Program-made: the position numbers and the translations under genes | NCBI GenBank assembly: GCA_910592345.1 | Contig: CAJVPI010000030.1 | Span: forward strand, 1 to 64,000 | From: Paraglomus brasilianum | Taxonomy: Eukaryota | DNA: 64,000 nt | Reading direction: 5' to 3' | Notes under the pieces: generated by a model | Databases searched by the model: none | Told to the model about the DNA's origin: nothing | Seen by the model: only the letters and a program-made list of their open reading frames with translations | Part shown: positions 1 through 14,700 of the stretch, piece after piece | Position numbering within the stretch: position 1 is the stretch's first letter | Layout of the letters: each line of letters opens with the position of its first letter

Positions 1-1790
1 AGACTACCATTGTTAGCATATTGCATAACAATCATGTACTCTTTTGTTTCTGGGTCTTGTGTGACTCCATAAATTTTAAGGAATGACTGATGTGAACACT
101 TGGTATGATTTCTGAACTATCAAATAAAAATAAATACCGTGTCAGATTAAATATCACTTTAATTATGTTACCAATTATTGCTTACCTCGGAAACAAATAA
201 TTCCGGTGTTTTATCAAAATTCTTAAACCGTTTGAGAACAACAGTTTGTGGTATATATTTTTCTTTACATTTGGCAGTATAGACTGTTCCATAACCACCA
301 GATCCAATCTCTTTAATTTCATCAAAGTTGCTATACTGCATATACTTTGCGCGTTTATTAATCTGTATAAATCTGCTCAAGACCGCATGTACGTCGTGGT
401 AGAACACCAAATAATATTTTCGCGTCGACGGTTCTTGAGTAATACCAACAATCCAAATATTCTCGGGTGTTAAAATCTCCGGGTATTCTGCAGTTAGCTA
501 TTTAATAAACAAAACAACCATTACATCAATTATCGATTAAACGCATCATAAATACGCAAAGTTAACAACACTATTTGCGTTACCTGATAAAAATCAAACG
601 ACTGCGCATCAACTATTGGTTTGAATATTACTCTCGTCGATTGCCAATCTGCTATATGTGTGCATCCGTGGCGCAATGATGTCATCTCTTGTATGTTTAA
701 TAATAGAGAGTATTCGATCCATTGTATATATGAATCACAGTCACGCGTCATATTTCTCCATGACTTCATAATGAATGAATCCAAAGATTTGTTGCCAGTC
801 GTCCAATCAACAGGTCGTGGTGCTTTACACCGACAACAGAATGCCTTTACCTTAGGTTCGAAATGCTTTGTACATGCCAGACACAATTCATACCCATTAT
901 ATTCCTTTATTAGACAATACTTCTGTTCATCATGTGTGAATCCGATGGTAACCCAGACATCCGTGGTAAGAATATCTGGATGCTCATCACATAACTAGTG
1001 ATATATAAAAGTCAATGATTATTTAAACTATTCAGTAAACATGACGCATAAGCAAATGGTTTACCTCGGCATAATATGAATCATGTGTCTCGTCTGTTAT
1101 CTCAAGTGGAATCAATTTAACATGTTTATAAGTAGGTAGACCATTTAAGTATATCCATTCACCTCCCCTATTATCAACACAATCAAATGGAATCCATTCC
1201 AAATAGGCATGATTTGCCGAGTTCGTTTGTAATTGAGATTTCTTGATAAACTCGTCGAGTTGCTTATTGTTGCTAGTCCATCCATTGGATAATTGTTTAT
1301 GACCACAAATGCACCACACGGGACTACATCGTAGTATCCCACATGTGGAGCAGAATCCATATCGAGGGTAACAATGATAAAAGTGTCTTTTAGCAACCAT
1401 GTAGTAGTTGTTATCGTACTTGGTAAATCCACTTATGAGTATGTTGCGACGATAAAGCCATTTTGCATATCTATATCGTCGAAATTGACTGACGTCATTC
1501 TTGTACTTGTGTGTTGGAAGTGAGTATATTCTGGCAAACTCACTCACAAGTGTTGATGTGCAAATTTCATCATTTCCAAGTGATAGCAGCATTATCATCG
1601 TTTCCTTCACTTCATTATGCAACGTTCGCTTGCGACGAGCATAATAGACGTTGTCAATTTGAGTTGGCTCTATGTCGGTAATATCTGAGTAAGGAATCCA
1701 TTTCAGTATTTTGTCATATCCGCTTTCCAAGGAGGATTGAACCAAGTTGTCAATTGCTGAATTATTAATAGTACTTGATGCTAACGACAT
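1..1790 (-). CDS. Tyrosine-kinase-like (TKL) protein kinase, Glomeromycotina-expanded type; 5' part only, runs off the window start. Exons approx. 1790-1065, 994-584, 497-186, 116-<1
   Basis: ORFs 1032..1790, 530..886 and 168..410 join in frame at GT-AG introns. Gly-loop 'EIGSGGYGTVYTA', 'VVLKRF', then 'IYGVTQDPETKEYMIVMQYANNGS' in the last exon. Upstream repeats of 'W(T)xxN.xLDxFI...xWIP(F/Y)' preceded by CxxC pairs. Confidence 0.88.
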
Positions 1791-2980
1791 AGTTTGAATT
1801 AAAAGATTTTTTTTTCAAGTGAACAAATCTCGTTCTCAACGCTTGTGTTACATGGCACATCCCACTTATTTGATGTTTATCCTTCGCACCAAAAATACGG
1901 CGAATTTTATATACCTATCCTACGTCCGCCCACTTCCAAGTACTTTTATAGTCTAATACTTTTACTCTTCTCATGCTAAACTACGAAAATACAACTATAT
2001 AGTAGATACGAATATCCATGATTATATAAAATTATATTTGCTTAACGTGATTATTTTCAAAACGCCATCGCAACTAGACTCTGGAATAATGAATGTCAAA
2101 AATTTTCTATGCTTCAATGTGCCAGTTTTTAACAATATCGCACCGGTTGTAACTGTGGCTCTCAGGCACGGAGAGTAAACTGTCGTTCATTGACATTTGA
2201 CAGCTTAGTTTGCATAAGTTTTATTTATTTAGGATGCGCAATAGATAAATTTTGCTTACGTTTTTGGCTGGTAAAATATGGCGCTAAAATTAACAAAGTT
2301 TAATGCTTAACCTTTTCCGCAATAGTTAAGTTTTTTTGTCACACACTGTATAAATATTAAATTATTAGCAAATACTGTCAATACAAAGTCAAACCTTTTT
2401 TGCATTCTCCAAAACTAAAGTGTCTCAGGTCATCGACATACTCGCTATTGATTCAATGACATTTGTCCTTGTCGTCTTTCCTATAAATTACAATAAATTC
2501 TGCGTTTATCTTATGAAAGGCTCAATTTCATGCGCCCTCGCTTTGTTGCTCGCGATACTTCTATCTGTACTTCAATGGAACTGTGCGCCGATCAAACAGT
2601 CTTTGATACAAAATGAACAAACGCATTATCGTTTGATCGACCGCCTTTTAATAATTTATTCTCGTGATTCACTTTATTATTATCACTTACAAATTTTGAC
2701 AGGCCAATAGTGTTATCAATGCAGCGATTAATAAAACACGCGAAGAACACGAAATAATATCAATGTTTGCATTCCTTAATATTTAAAAATTAGAAATCAC
2801 ATGATTATTAGTTAGGATAATTTGTGTGACATACCTAAATAAAATTATAATTATAACGATAAGGAAAAACCTATTTTTAACGCAAATATGATCTGCAAAT
2901 GCCATATTTAGGTTGTACCCAAGACCAATAAATTCCCACAAGCTGAATAAGGTGCGCTGCCAAGCCCTTTATATTATTAC

Positions 2981-4823
2981 ATGGAGTTTTTCGAGGGCCT
3001 TTCTAAAGATTTTAGCCATCTCCTTAACGAGTCGGACGACTGCGATGTAATAATATACGCTGATAAAGATTCTAACGTGCAAAAATTCCATGCACATACC
3101 GTTATATTGCGAGCAAGGTCACGATATTTTCGGAGGGCCTTGTCAAGAGACTGGGCCAAGAAAGAAAACGGCGTATTCGTATTCAAGAAACCCAATATTA
3201 CAGCTCAGGTTTTCGAAATAGTCCTTAAGTGAGTGTCTCTTTCAACTTTCTTGCCGAATTAAACTTTTCCAAAAATTCAATTGCGAATGGTGTCTAAAAG
3301 CGGTTATTCTTCACTTATAGATATATATATGGTGGGACCGCTGACTTACAGGAACAAAGCGGCAATGTCATTTTGAGCCTTCTGACTGCGTCTGATGAAC
3401 TCAACCTCGGAGAATTGATCAAGTATACACAAGAACACTTGATTCACCAAAAATTAAGCTGGCTGCAGGAGAATTTGGTTCAAGTACTCCATACTGTTTC
3501 GTGCTTGGAGGATTGTAAGACACTTCGGGAGTTTTGTTTAGAAATGATATGTCAAGATCCAAGGTTTCTGTTTCGTTCGGAAAACTTTTGCACTCTAGAC
3601 GAATCTGTTCTTGTTCTCCTTCTTCAACGTGATGATCTTCAAATAGACGAGATCGAAGTCTGGGAGAACGTAATTAAATGGGGTCTTGCACAGGATCCAC
3701 CGCTGGATAGCGATTTGTCAAAATGGATGGATGACGATTTCAAGACTATGCAGTCAAGATTAAGTCGGTGCATATCCTTAATACGATACTTTCACATATC
3801 ACCAGCAGACTTTTGTGATCGAGTGAGGCCTTATGCCAAGATTCTTCCAGAGGACTTGCACGAGGACATTTTACGCTTCCATTTGAAATCTTGTCAGCAA
3901 GTGCGGTCTGTTATACTTCCTCCGAGGATTCAGGGAATCGATTCGAAAATTATAAAACCTAGGCATGCGGCTTTGGTCGCATGTTGGATCGATCGCAAAG
4001 AAGGCAATAGTTCGACTTGCGAGAGAATTCGATATGAATTCAAATTACTTTTAAGAGGATCGCGAGATGGGTTTACAGCCGCGGTATTCCATAATCGATG
4101 CGATAATCAAGTACCCACTCTCGTACTAATGAAAGTACAAAATACTGGTGAAATAATTGGCGGTTACAATCCTACTAGTTGGCGACGTACATCTATAAAC
4201 TCTGATTCTGGATACTTCCCATCAGCGCCGTGGGGTCCCCATCAAAGAAAAAGCGCATTAAGTTTTGCTCGTTACTCTCAATACGAGCTTGGACCCTTTC
4301 AGACGACCAGTGAAAGTTTCATATTCAGTCTAGGAGATGGGAAAAAAGTAGAAGACTTTGTACTAAGTCGTATAACACGTGAGAATATGTGTAGCGCAGT
4401 TTATTCGTCACCTCGACTTGGGCCCTGTTTTGGGCGTGGCGATTTAAAGATGACTGATGTAAGTAGACTTGTCATTAATGTAACGTTATCGTTGGCTATA
4501 TTGTATTTATGCATTTTGGTATTTCCATTTAGCACTTTAATGCTCCAGGAAAATGTTCCTGCGAATGGAGAGACTATGAAAGAGAAATTACTGATTGTGA
4601 AGTATTTGCTGTCGAGGAGTATGAAGTATTTCACATAATAGACAGAGGAACCTTGTCATCTTCCATATCACCCGATGAGTTGCATGAAATTTCCGAGGAT
4701 AAACCGCCAATTATGACATCAGGTAATCATACGCTCGCCTCCACATCCTCCACATCCTCCACATCGATGTCACCGATACAGAACAGGACCCCTGAGTACA
4801 CCGCCTATCATGCTGGCTGGTAA
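2981..4823 (+). CDS. BTB/POZ-BACK-TLDc domain protein; exons 2981-3228, 3321-4458, 4533-4823
   Basis: BTB 'DCDVIIY...FHAHTVILRARSRYF...KKPNI...FEIVLKYIYGG'; BACK 'LLLQRDDLQIDEIEVWENVIKWG'; TLDc 'FKLLLRGSRDGF...FHNRCDN...IIGGYNP...SFIFSL...GPCFG..DL...FAVEEYEVF'. Canonical splice sites restore the frame to TAA at 4821-4823. Confidence 0.92.
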
Positions 4824-6651
4824 GAAGAAAAAGGCTATGTCAATTATAAAGAATAACCATACACGCTGTCTTAATGTTTTTTACTGAACATTTGTGTTCG
4901 TCCAATCTGACAGATTATTATTTGGCACTTACACAGGGGTGATTTTACTACCGAATGGTTGGGATAATCGGAAATGTAGTTGCCTATGTGAAGGGTAGAA
5001 GCTAGCTGAATGTGAATGCTAATGAGTTAGTAAATGGCTTAAAAGGTAGTAGCCCATCATTTGTTTGAAAGGAGGAGGTTAATCGGTCGAGGAGAATGAG
5101 TGAATTTGAAATGCGCATTCGCTTAATAATGAAACTGAATGACTACGGGTCCTATTTGTCGACGGTTTAGCACTAGCTATAAGGCTTCGAATACGCTCAA
5201 GTCAGTTGCGAAGAAACAGACTAGCGCTGTCGTAGTTAGCAGTTAGCAAGTTGTGTCGGTTCACAGCAAACTTTGCCGAAGTAACTATATCGAGTGCGTA
5301 TATAGCGTACACGTTATATTAATTTTAAAGAACTTTCTGTTATCATGCAAAGAAATAAACTCGTTATACTTGCACGATAATTCATTGATTATACTTCCAT
5401 TTTGTAGCGTATGCCAACAGATACCAAAGGTAAACCGGCAAGTATCCAAAATATAGTACATGTCTGTTATTCATTGGCCCTGTATACATCAGGCATTGGT
5501 TCAATGTCTACTGGTAGAGCGAGACAATTTTTTGTCTCTATCATCTTACTCTTCTCGTATGATATGTTGTTTATGACAATTCTTGAACCATACAATAAAA
5601 AGTCTTCCGTAGACCCGGCGTCAGAGCTGCGGCGACCGCAGGACAGATATGGGACTGACATATACACGATCTGATGAAGGAATGGACGATGAAATAATGG
5701 CACAACTTTAAAGAGTTTTTGGTTTTTAAATATATAAGATATTGAATTTTCTACGAACAATACATGGATAATTCTACATAGGTTAAGTCGTTATGACGAA
5801 GAACAGCAAGTCATAATTCGTTCTGTATGGACATCGTCGGTTGAGAAGAAAGTCACGTAGTTGATCCGCGGACAGTTTTATATCTCCGGAGTTCAAAAGC
5901 TTTATTCCTAGTTTCACGCTAGAAATCCAGAACAGCCTGAAGGCCGCAAACATACCATGCCCTCCGATGCTGCTAAAATAGATGCTATTTGACGTATTCC
6001 TTTGATTATTACTCGTTCAAGAACGTCAAATATATTCTTAGTAACTGTAGGATCAATCTCTTTATTAGTTCTGTATTTACAAGATCTTAGTTGCAAGATG
6101 GTGGAAAGTAAAAAGAAACGCGCAAATTGCCCCAACTTAATTATCTTTCATTAGACTCGTCACCATCACAGACAATAACGAAGCGATTTTTAAGTCGACA
6201 GCTGTCCCACCAATACAATCTTCCCACTATGCCGAAGACAGGCCTCGAAACTATTAAATTAAAAATATTAGTTCAGCTTTATGCTTTTATAATATATATC
6301 CACTTACAATGCGTACAACGCGCACCGATTATAACATAAATATTAAAACGTTGACGTGCCAATATTATTAAGTTTGGTTTCCCTTTGCATTAATTTCTCT
6401 CATTGCCAATTAATTTGTACTTCGAACTTAACTCTTCCCATAATTCATGTCTGTTTGCCAAAAGCTGGAGGGTCAAGTATAAAATCTACCACTACAGGTA
6501 GTAAATAATCAAAAATTAGACTCGAAATATAAATATTCCGTATCTACTACAAGTTCGAAAAGTAATACGAATATCCCCTCTTACCTGGCTTGAGTGAAAT
6601 AAAATATTGACAAAAAAATGTTTATGCATGAGCAACGTAGGAACTGCAGAC

Positions 6652-6693
<42 letters not shown>
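6652..6693. repeat. (TTG)14 microsatellite
   Basis: Perfect trinucleotide run seen directly. Confidence 0.95.
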
Positions 6694-6694
<1 letters not shown>

Positions 6695-7220
6695 AGTTAA
6701 ACATTTAAATCCATATAAATTTTCTTTTTTTCCCCAAAGTGCTTAAGCCATGCCGACGACACGAGAGCTGTCTCCAGATAAAGCACATAAGCAAATTTAG
6801 TTTAAATTTCTATTATCTTTAGTATTGAGACCCAAAATTATTTATTTAGCCCAAACAATACTACAACATCCGCGTAACTTATCCTAGTTACGATATTTTG
6901 CTCTTGCAACAGCTCGGTTAATTTTTTCTTTCACATTAATCGTTTTGTCCACGTAAGGAGCGTGGTTAGTCATGCTCAACAATACACGATAGCATGCATT
7001 TGACCGGATATATGAGCTCCCTGCACTGATTAGATGGGCAAGCACTAAAACAATCGAACCACGCATTATAACCAATTAAAGTTTAGGCTGTAGAAATTAT
7101 AAATAAACTAAGCAAGCGATGGCCACGTAAGGCTAATAATACTGCAAGTTAAGGTTAATGCGATTTGATTTGAATGTCGAGCCAAGTTATTATAAGAAAC
7201 CTACCAGTGTTCTTATTGTG

Positions 7221-7299
<79 letters not shown>
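7221..7299. repeat. (ATA)~26 microsatellite
   Basis: Perfect trinucleotide run seen directly. Confidence 0.95.
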
Positions 7300-8517
7300 G
7301 ACTTTTATTTCAAGCTAAGACTTGACACTGTTTTTGGGTAGAGCAATAGTGTACGTGGACAACGATCAACGTGTTTCAAAAGTTATAATAAATTAAGTCA
7401 CTTTTTTGTTCTAATATACAAACGGATGTTCATATCGTCACCACTTGTGGGGTCTTATAAAAGAATAAACGTTTTTCTTTAAGGTTAATTATAATGTGAA
7501 CAGTAATAAAAGTGTTATGAAGGATAAAGGTAATAAGCAGACGCGTTAATAACCTTGAAAATATAAGGTAAATCTAATACAGAGTAAAAAATAAACCAAC
7601 TAAAAAGTTTTTATTAAACGATCGAAAAGGAAAAGGGGCGTGAATATTTACATGCGCGTCCAACTCACACAAAGTATAAATACATCTGCTTCCCCCACTT
7701 GAGGGCTGCAGATAAAAGTTTCTTACAGGTTTTTAAAGTCTTGGATGCAATTAAATAAAAAATATCTACGCATGCGGCTAGTTTGTTTTCTTTCTTTCTC
7801 CCCCCCCTCCCCCGCCATGTACATTATATATGTAAACTATGTGTCGGCTTACTTCGACATAATATAGTCCGAGTTTATTCACAAAATTCGTCACCTGAAA
7901 TTCCTCACATGTATAAATTCTCTAATCGAGTCATGTGAGCATACAATGTCGAACTTCAAATATTTGCTCCTATGGAAGACTTGGAAAGAGAACAAAGCTC
8001 TCTAACCGGTAAGGGAAACATTGTTCTATGCATAAACATGGGGCTAATCGTCGTATCTTACTGAACGACACTACAGTTACAACTCTGCCCACTATCGATG
8101 GGAGAATGCATACCCAGATTTGTGCATATACTTTGAAACTGCATTCAAGTATATAAAGAGAGTCGAACAACTAATTGATGAGCAATACATTAAAAGCCAG
8201 TGATTGGATAAAAATATTTATTAATGTAACGTTTAACAGAGACCAACATCCTAATACTAATACTAAGGGAAAGAAGCGTAAACCATTTGTTTTCTGAACA
8301 TGTTTACAGCATCTCTATTATCGTACTTTTAGAGAAACAAATCCTTCAAAACATTACTTAAACAGTGGTCCACAGTTTTGAAATCTTTATCGCTCTAGAA
8401 CTCTGCTATTTTAATTTGTTTATTTTCCAAAAATGTTGATGGTATGCGCCAAAAAATTGATACACCAATATGCTTATAATAGAAAAACGTTTTTTACACA
8501 TGCTTAAATAAATCAAC

Positions 8518-9084
8518 CTATAAACCGGGTTGAAAAACGTAGTCATCAATTTCTTTTACTATCACTTTCGACCAGTAATGCAAATTCTTATATTCCTTTG
8601 ACCCTATCAAGTGACAATACGATTCGTCTAAAAATCTCCGGTCTGATCGAAACTTTATCCTTTCTTGTAAGTTTTCAAACCGACGTTGTAAATAATAGCT
8701 GCGATTCGTGTAGTACATTTCGTCGTTCACCGCGGCCATAAGAATGACTAAAGTATAAAGTATACAAAGTATTTGTCCTTTTGAGAGTATACTGTGGTAA
8801 TAAACGTGTTTTCAGTCATAACGAATCTGTGTATGAGATCGACACCATCGGGGGATGCCCTTGCATTCTTCGCTAGGTGTAAACAAATAAAGAACGCAAA
8901 ATTCCTTGCATTTTTCGCTCTATGAATTCTTTATTCTTACCTGCTATTATTTATATACAGCAACCACTCGTGCGACGATGTCTGCTTCTGACATTGTCGG
9001 ATATTTAAAAAAATATTGGTAAACGCAAATAATTACACCCGAGTCGACAGCTCTTCGTGCAGCTGACGTTGTGTTCGTGGCCAT
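8518..9084 (-). pseudogene. Degenerate IS630/Tc1-mariner-like DDE transposase fragment
   Basis: Frameshifted pieces 'YGRGERRNVLHES' and 'YYLQRRFENL...FLDESYCHL' resemble the region around the first catalytic Asp (DES) of fungal IS630/Tc1-like transposases. Stops and frameshifts throughout. Confidence 0.6.
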
Positions 9085-10958
9085 TCCAATCGTAGCAATT
9101 TTTTGCACAAAGATATACGATAAACGCAGAATGTAAATATTTGTGTGCATCTTAAAGTTTGTATGACAAATTCATTTTTGATTAGATGGTTTTTCCGACT
9201 AAACGCTTAACAGACATATGCTTGAAAGTTAGTACATACAGTTGCAATTGTGTATTATCATTTATTGGAAACCATGTACGGCAATTGCATCGGGGAATGT
9301 TAACTAAAAATTCATTTTGACAATCTCGATTTTCGCTATGGAACGTCTCATCGGTTTTGGACGTTATAGGAAGGGATTGACGTTAGTATTAGCATGGTCA
9401 GATTGGGTTGTTTATGCGATATATGACAACCGATGACAGTAACAATGATATGTATTGGGTAATCATCCACATCAATATGAGGGGTTAGACGTTAAGATCA
9501 CCCAATGCCATTAGAGCTGCATGTTCATTGTCATCACATAGTGTCACCATTTCACAATGTTGGTGGACGTGTTACAAATTCATATATGGTTGAATTATTC
9601 TGCAAATTTACAATGTCGGGACACTTATTGTTTGAAACCGACCTCTAATCAATCAAGAAGCCCATTGATATGTATGTATGTTCATGAGTCACAACGCACA
9701 TTTTCTACTGCTTGATCATGCATATTATATATTTATTGTCTGCTGTTAGTATTTATATAAGCGTTAGTATTTGTATTAGCGTTAGTATTTGTATTTGTAT
9801 TAGTAGCTATTTATGATTTAAAATGGGGGATGGGAACGTTCCATGGGGAATAACCGGTGACCGGTAACCTTCTTTCTCATTGGTATGTGAATTCACAATT
9901 TTCTTGGCATGCGTTTGGGATAATGTCAATGATTATTCCATATTTGACTAGCACTAGGAATTATTAATAAAACAAAAGATAAGATGGTCGTGTTGTGGAT
10001 TTACTTCTTGATTTGAGGGCTGTTACTATGTCGATAATCAAGAATTTTATCTCGAGTAGTGCAACCAATGATTTCTTCCAGGAATGAGATCACATGTAGC
10101 AGATTTCCGTTTTAAGTTTATTGTTTACTTTACAATTTGCAATGTAAGGCAGTTACCACCCCCTTATCAGTTGGCTGAGTCGGGCATCTTCTTATGCCTG
10201 TTCTAATAATGAATAGAATTCTCCCTTAATAATATATTAATGTATGTATTAGTATGTATGGAATGTCTTCACCTGGTAAATGCGATACCCATTATTGAGC
10301 TCACCATGAAAAGCTAGCTTGCTTGAAAGTAACCTCTGTCTTTACACACATTTGTATTACCTTGGTGAATTATTCATTCCTTCCTTAAGCGACTAAAAAA
10401 CAGGGTTATTTTTACCGATTCAATAGCAAGTCCTAACAACCCCTGTCCGGAAGTCTGTTGATTTACCTGATATTAGGAAATGATATTCTGGTCTTACTAG
10501 GCTCGAAAAACAATATCACGGGGAAATTGTTGCGATTCCCGCGCAAAGGTGTGTGATTCGATAATAGTCTTTTTCGTTCTTTCGTACAAATCGAGTGTGA
10601 GACCACTCTCTCAGGGTTAAGATTAACTCGATATTATCAACGACTGAAACTTTGCATTGCACATACTATAAACCATATCTACCGTTGCTCCCGCGTTGTC
10701 CCCTCACTGTAAATTCTGTTACGAATTTTTTTAACCAGGGTGTCCGTCTGTCTTTCATGCAATATTACAATATAATACTGTTTAAAATAAAAAAAGAAAA
10801 AAAAAGTGTTGCTGTATTAGTATATTACTGAAAATATCTACATTATTGTTTGTATTTCCTGCCTTCTTCGCGGTGGGAAAAGACTTTAACCCCCTCACCT
10901 CTGTTTGCTGACCTAAAAGATAAGCATACCAAACTGCATCGTTAAACTGCGAAAGAAT

Positions 10959-11516
10959 ATGTCTTCGACAGAAACTACTCTGTCGACGAAATCTCCAACC
11001 GTTACAATGTCCAGAGAGAATAAATACCTTCAGGACCATCTATTAAAGGACCTGCCACCAACGCCAACGGAGGCAAACAATAGTCCGAAAGTGTTTGTCA
11101 CTCAAAACAAGTATTACGAAGACAGGACGTTGCACGGGAACACAGACATTATGGGACTTAACGGCTCCATCTCTCGCGACAACGAACCACAAAGTCGAAC
11201 AAATAACAGCTTGATAGTTGATAATATTAATAGGGCCGGATCGGACGCTAACGAGGGCATACAACGGGCTAAGCACAACGGTCCTACCTACAACGTACCT
11301 GTTGATGAAGAGTTCAAACAGGGACATTATTGTGTTATGAATACTGATACTATAATGGGCAGAGAAACCGCAAAACAACAATCGCAACAGTTGTCGTCTT
11401 CGCCAGCCGAACCGCAGCCGCCATCACAATTGTTACGACGAAATACTGCTTCGTTAGCAGAGACATCAGCACGAAAACAACAATTACAGCAACTACAACT
11501 TCAACGACAGCAATTA

Positions 11517-11572
<56 letters not shown>

Positions 11573-11654
11573 ACAACAAAAGCTACAACAACTACAGCAG
11601 CAAAAGCAACAGCAGCAGCAACAGCAACAACACCATCACCACCATAAACAACAA

Positions 11655-11710
<56 letters not shown>

Positions 11711-14700
11711 GCAGCAACAACAACAATCTCGGCATCGACATACAAGTAGCATTGCCAATCCGTTACCAGGAGCTGTAGTCTTTGCTGACGATTTACCGGA
11801 AACGAGAGACCATAATGGAAAGTTTAAACCAAAGAAAGTCTTGGGCTCTTATGTTCTTACAAAGACACTTGGTGCTGGAAGTATGGGGAAAGTGAAATTG
11901 GCTGTACGCGAACATACCGGTGAAAAAGTGAGTCTTTAAAAAGCTGCATACAAAAATCTCACCCCAATTGTTGAATGCAATTGTATTTTTTTATTTTATT
12001 TTATTTTTATTTTCTTAGAGTCATTGTGAGTAATATCAACCCTTATTTATACTTACTCTTATAGTTAGCTGTGAAAATTATTCCACGGACTCAACCTGGT
12101 GATAAAGACAACAAGGAAAATGATTCATCTAGTAAGGATGATAACAAGGAAACACGTACTATCCGCGAGGCTGCCATAATGTTGCTTCTGCATCATCCGT
12201 ATATAGTGCAGTTGAAAGAAGTAATGGTGTCGCCTCATCATTATTATATGTTCTTTGAGTATGTGAATGGTGGGCAGATGCTGGATTATATTATTAGTCA
12301 TGGGAAACTAAAAGAGAAGCAGGCAAGAAAGTTTGCAAGGCAGATTGTGAGCGCATTAGGTCAGTGTTGGTTTATATATATTTATTATGAATCAGGTTTT
12401 TCTGTTTTAATTGTGTAATAACTTTTTTTTTGGGATCTGTCTCAGACTATTGTCACCGCAACTCAATCGTACATCGAGGTAAGTACATTTGCTATGAATG
12501 GGCTGGTGGTCGCATTTCGTCGAAGGTGGGGGGTTTTGGTATCGTTGGAGCTTTTCCGCAAATAAAGATCTAACGTTGCTTCTAATTCAAACATAAAGAC
12601 TTAAAGATTGAGAACATTCTCATCTCTAAATCGGGATCAATAAAAATTATCGATTTCGGTTTATCCAATCTATACTCGCCGCGCTCACAGTTATCGACGT
12701 TTTGCGGCTCTCTATACTTTGCTGCACCTGAATTGTTAAATGCAAAAGTCTATACAGGCCCTGAAGTAGATGTATGGAGTTTTGGCATTGTATTATTTGT
12801 TCTCGTATGTGGAAGAGTGCCTTTCGATGACCAGAGTATGCCTGCATTACACGCAAAAATAAAGAGAGGCGTTGTAGAATACCCGCCTGGGCTTAGTAGT
12901 GGTGAGACTTGTTTTCTTTCTGATTATACAGAGGTAGTGTCGCATTATGGTGTATAATATATATAGATTGAGTGAAGACTATCTATTTAATACGAGATTT
13001 TATATAACATGTTGCTGTATATATTTTTTTTTCGTACAGAATGCAAACATTTACTATCACGAATGCTCGTCACCGACCCAATGAAACGAGCTCATCTTTC
13101 GGAAGTAATGAATCACCAGTGGATGAATAAAGGCTGCGATGGTCCACCCGAGAATTACCTGCCGCAGAGGATGCCTCTCACAATGCCGCTCGACATGGAT
13201 GTAATTAGAGGCATGGTCGGATTCGAGTTTGGTACCGAACAAGAAATCAAGAACAAACTAGAAGCAATTATCCGCAGTGATTCGTATCAGAGTTCGATCA
13301 AAGCCCAGTTTTACAGGCATACCAGTGCTTCCGAAGAGGTCAAAAGACGAAGCTTAGGGTTCGGAAGTAATAAACCATTTGGATTTGGGAGTAGCGATAG
13401 ATTAATCACCGCCGATCCAACACAAGCCGTCCATCCACTTATCTCAATATATTACCTCGTAAGAGAAAAGATGGAGCGAGAACGTCTAAAGTCACAGGGA
13501 AATTCGGCAAAATTTGGTTCATCATCTTCCCTCGAAATACCCAGCATATATGCATCTTCCATTCTTCCTCCAGACCCATCCCACACCAATAACAACAGCT
13601 ATGAAACGAACATGCGCGATCCAAACATGCCCCAACTCCATCCATCCTCATCTGTCGTCCGCCGAGCAACCGTACCGTCGGGAACAAGACCTCGATCAAG
13701 AACAAATGGTGAGACTGAACTAAACGCAATTATTACGACTCCACCTGTTGTCGATGAAAAGAGAATCCCAGAGGAACTTCTTGATGAAACGACTGGTGAG
13801 TTGAGTTATGGAAGAAAGAGTAGTGAACAGTCGACTGTACAAAGTACGACCGGAGGACTAATGCGACGCTTGAGTTTAGCGGTTATCGGTTACACGCGTG
13901 ATACGTTGTCACCTCCGCATTCACCAACTATGGCGTCGTCACCAGGGAAAAACATGGGCGAACACCGACGGCATGGGTCAACTCCCATGGGTCCAAAGAA
14001 GGAAGCATCTGGTCATTTTTCGAATCGAATTTCGAATATGCTGTCTAGAGCCACTTCTGTGTCCGAAGCAGATTACAAGCGGCATAGACAACGTCACTCT
14101 GTTAGTAACCAAAGAACTGGCGTGTCTACAAAGATTAACAGTACCAAGGCTCCGGTAGGTCAATTACCACAAGTAATTGAACCGACACCGTTTGCGTCTC
14201 CTAGCGATAAACCTGCCAATGCTACATCTAATCGTTCATCTCATCAACGGAGTACTTCGTCCAGTGGTACCCAGATGCTGAAAAAGTTTGCTTCCGGTGG
14301 TCCAACCGAGCCATCTAGACCAGAAATTGATTTTACTTTTCCCCCATCCAGTTCTACTCATTCATCTTTACCTGATGGCACGGCTGATTCGTACATTCGC
14401 CCCGTTTTTCTCAAGGGGCTTTTTAGTGTGGCCACTACCTCTACCAAACCCCCGTCTGTTATTCGTCTAGATTTAATTCGTGTTTTAGATCGTATTGGTG
14501 TCAAATGGCGCGAAGGGCGGGGTGGATTCGAATGCGTGCATATACCGAGTATAGATTTAAAGACTGCTATTGGTAGCAATCAAGCACATGGCGGGAGAAA
14601 TGGTCAGTCTTCAGCCGCTAATAATTATGTTCATTACAGCCGACATGATCGTCGGGGAAGTCATCCTTCTAATGCTCCCGGGCAAGCGTCGTATAAAGAC

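Noticed and set aside
5400..6140. Minus-strand ORF fragments 5467..5760 and 5914..6135
   Set aside because: Possibly a pseudogene, but no recognisable motif or consistent splice model.
11350..11745. 131-aa Val/Ala-rich minus-strand ORF
   Set aside because: Antisense shadow of the KIN1 CAG/CAA polyQ repeat.
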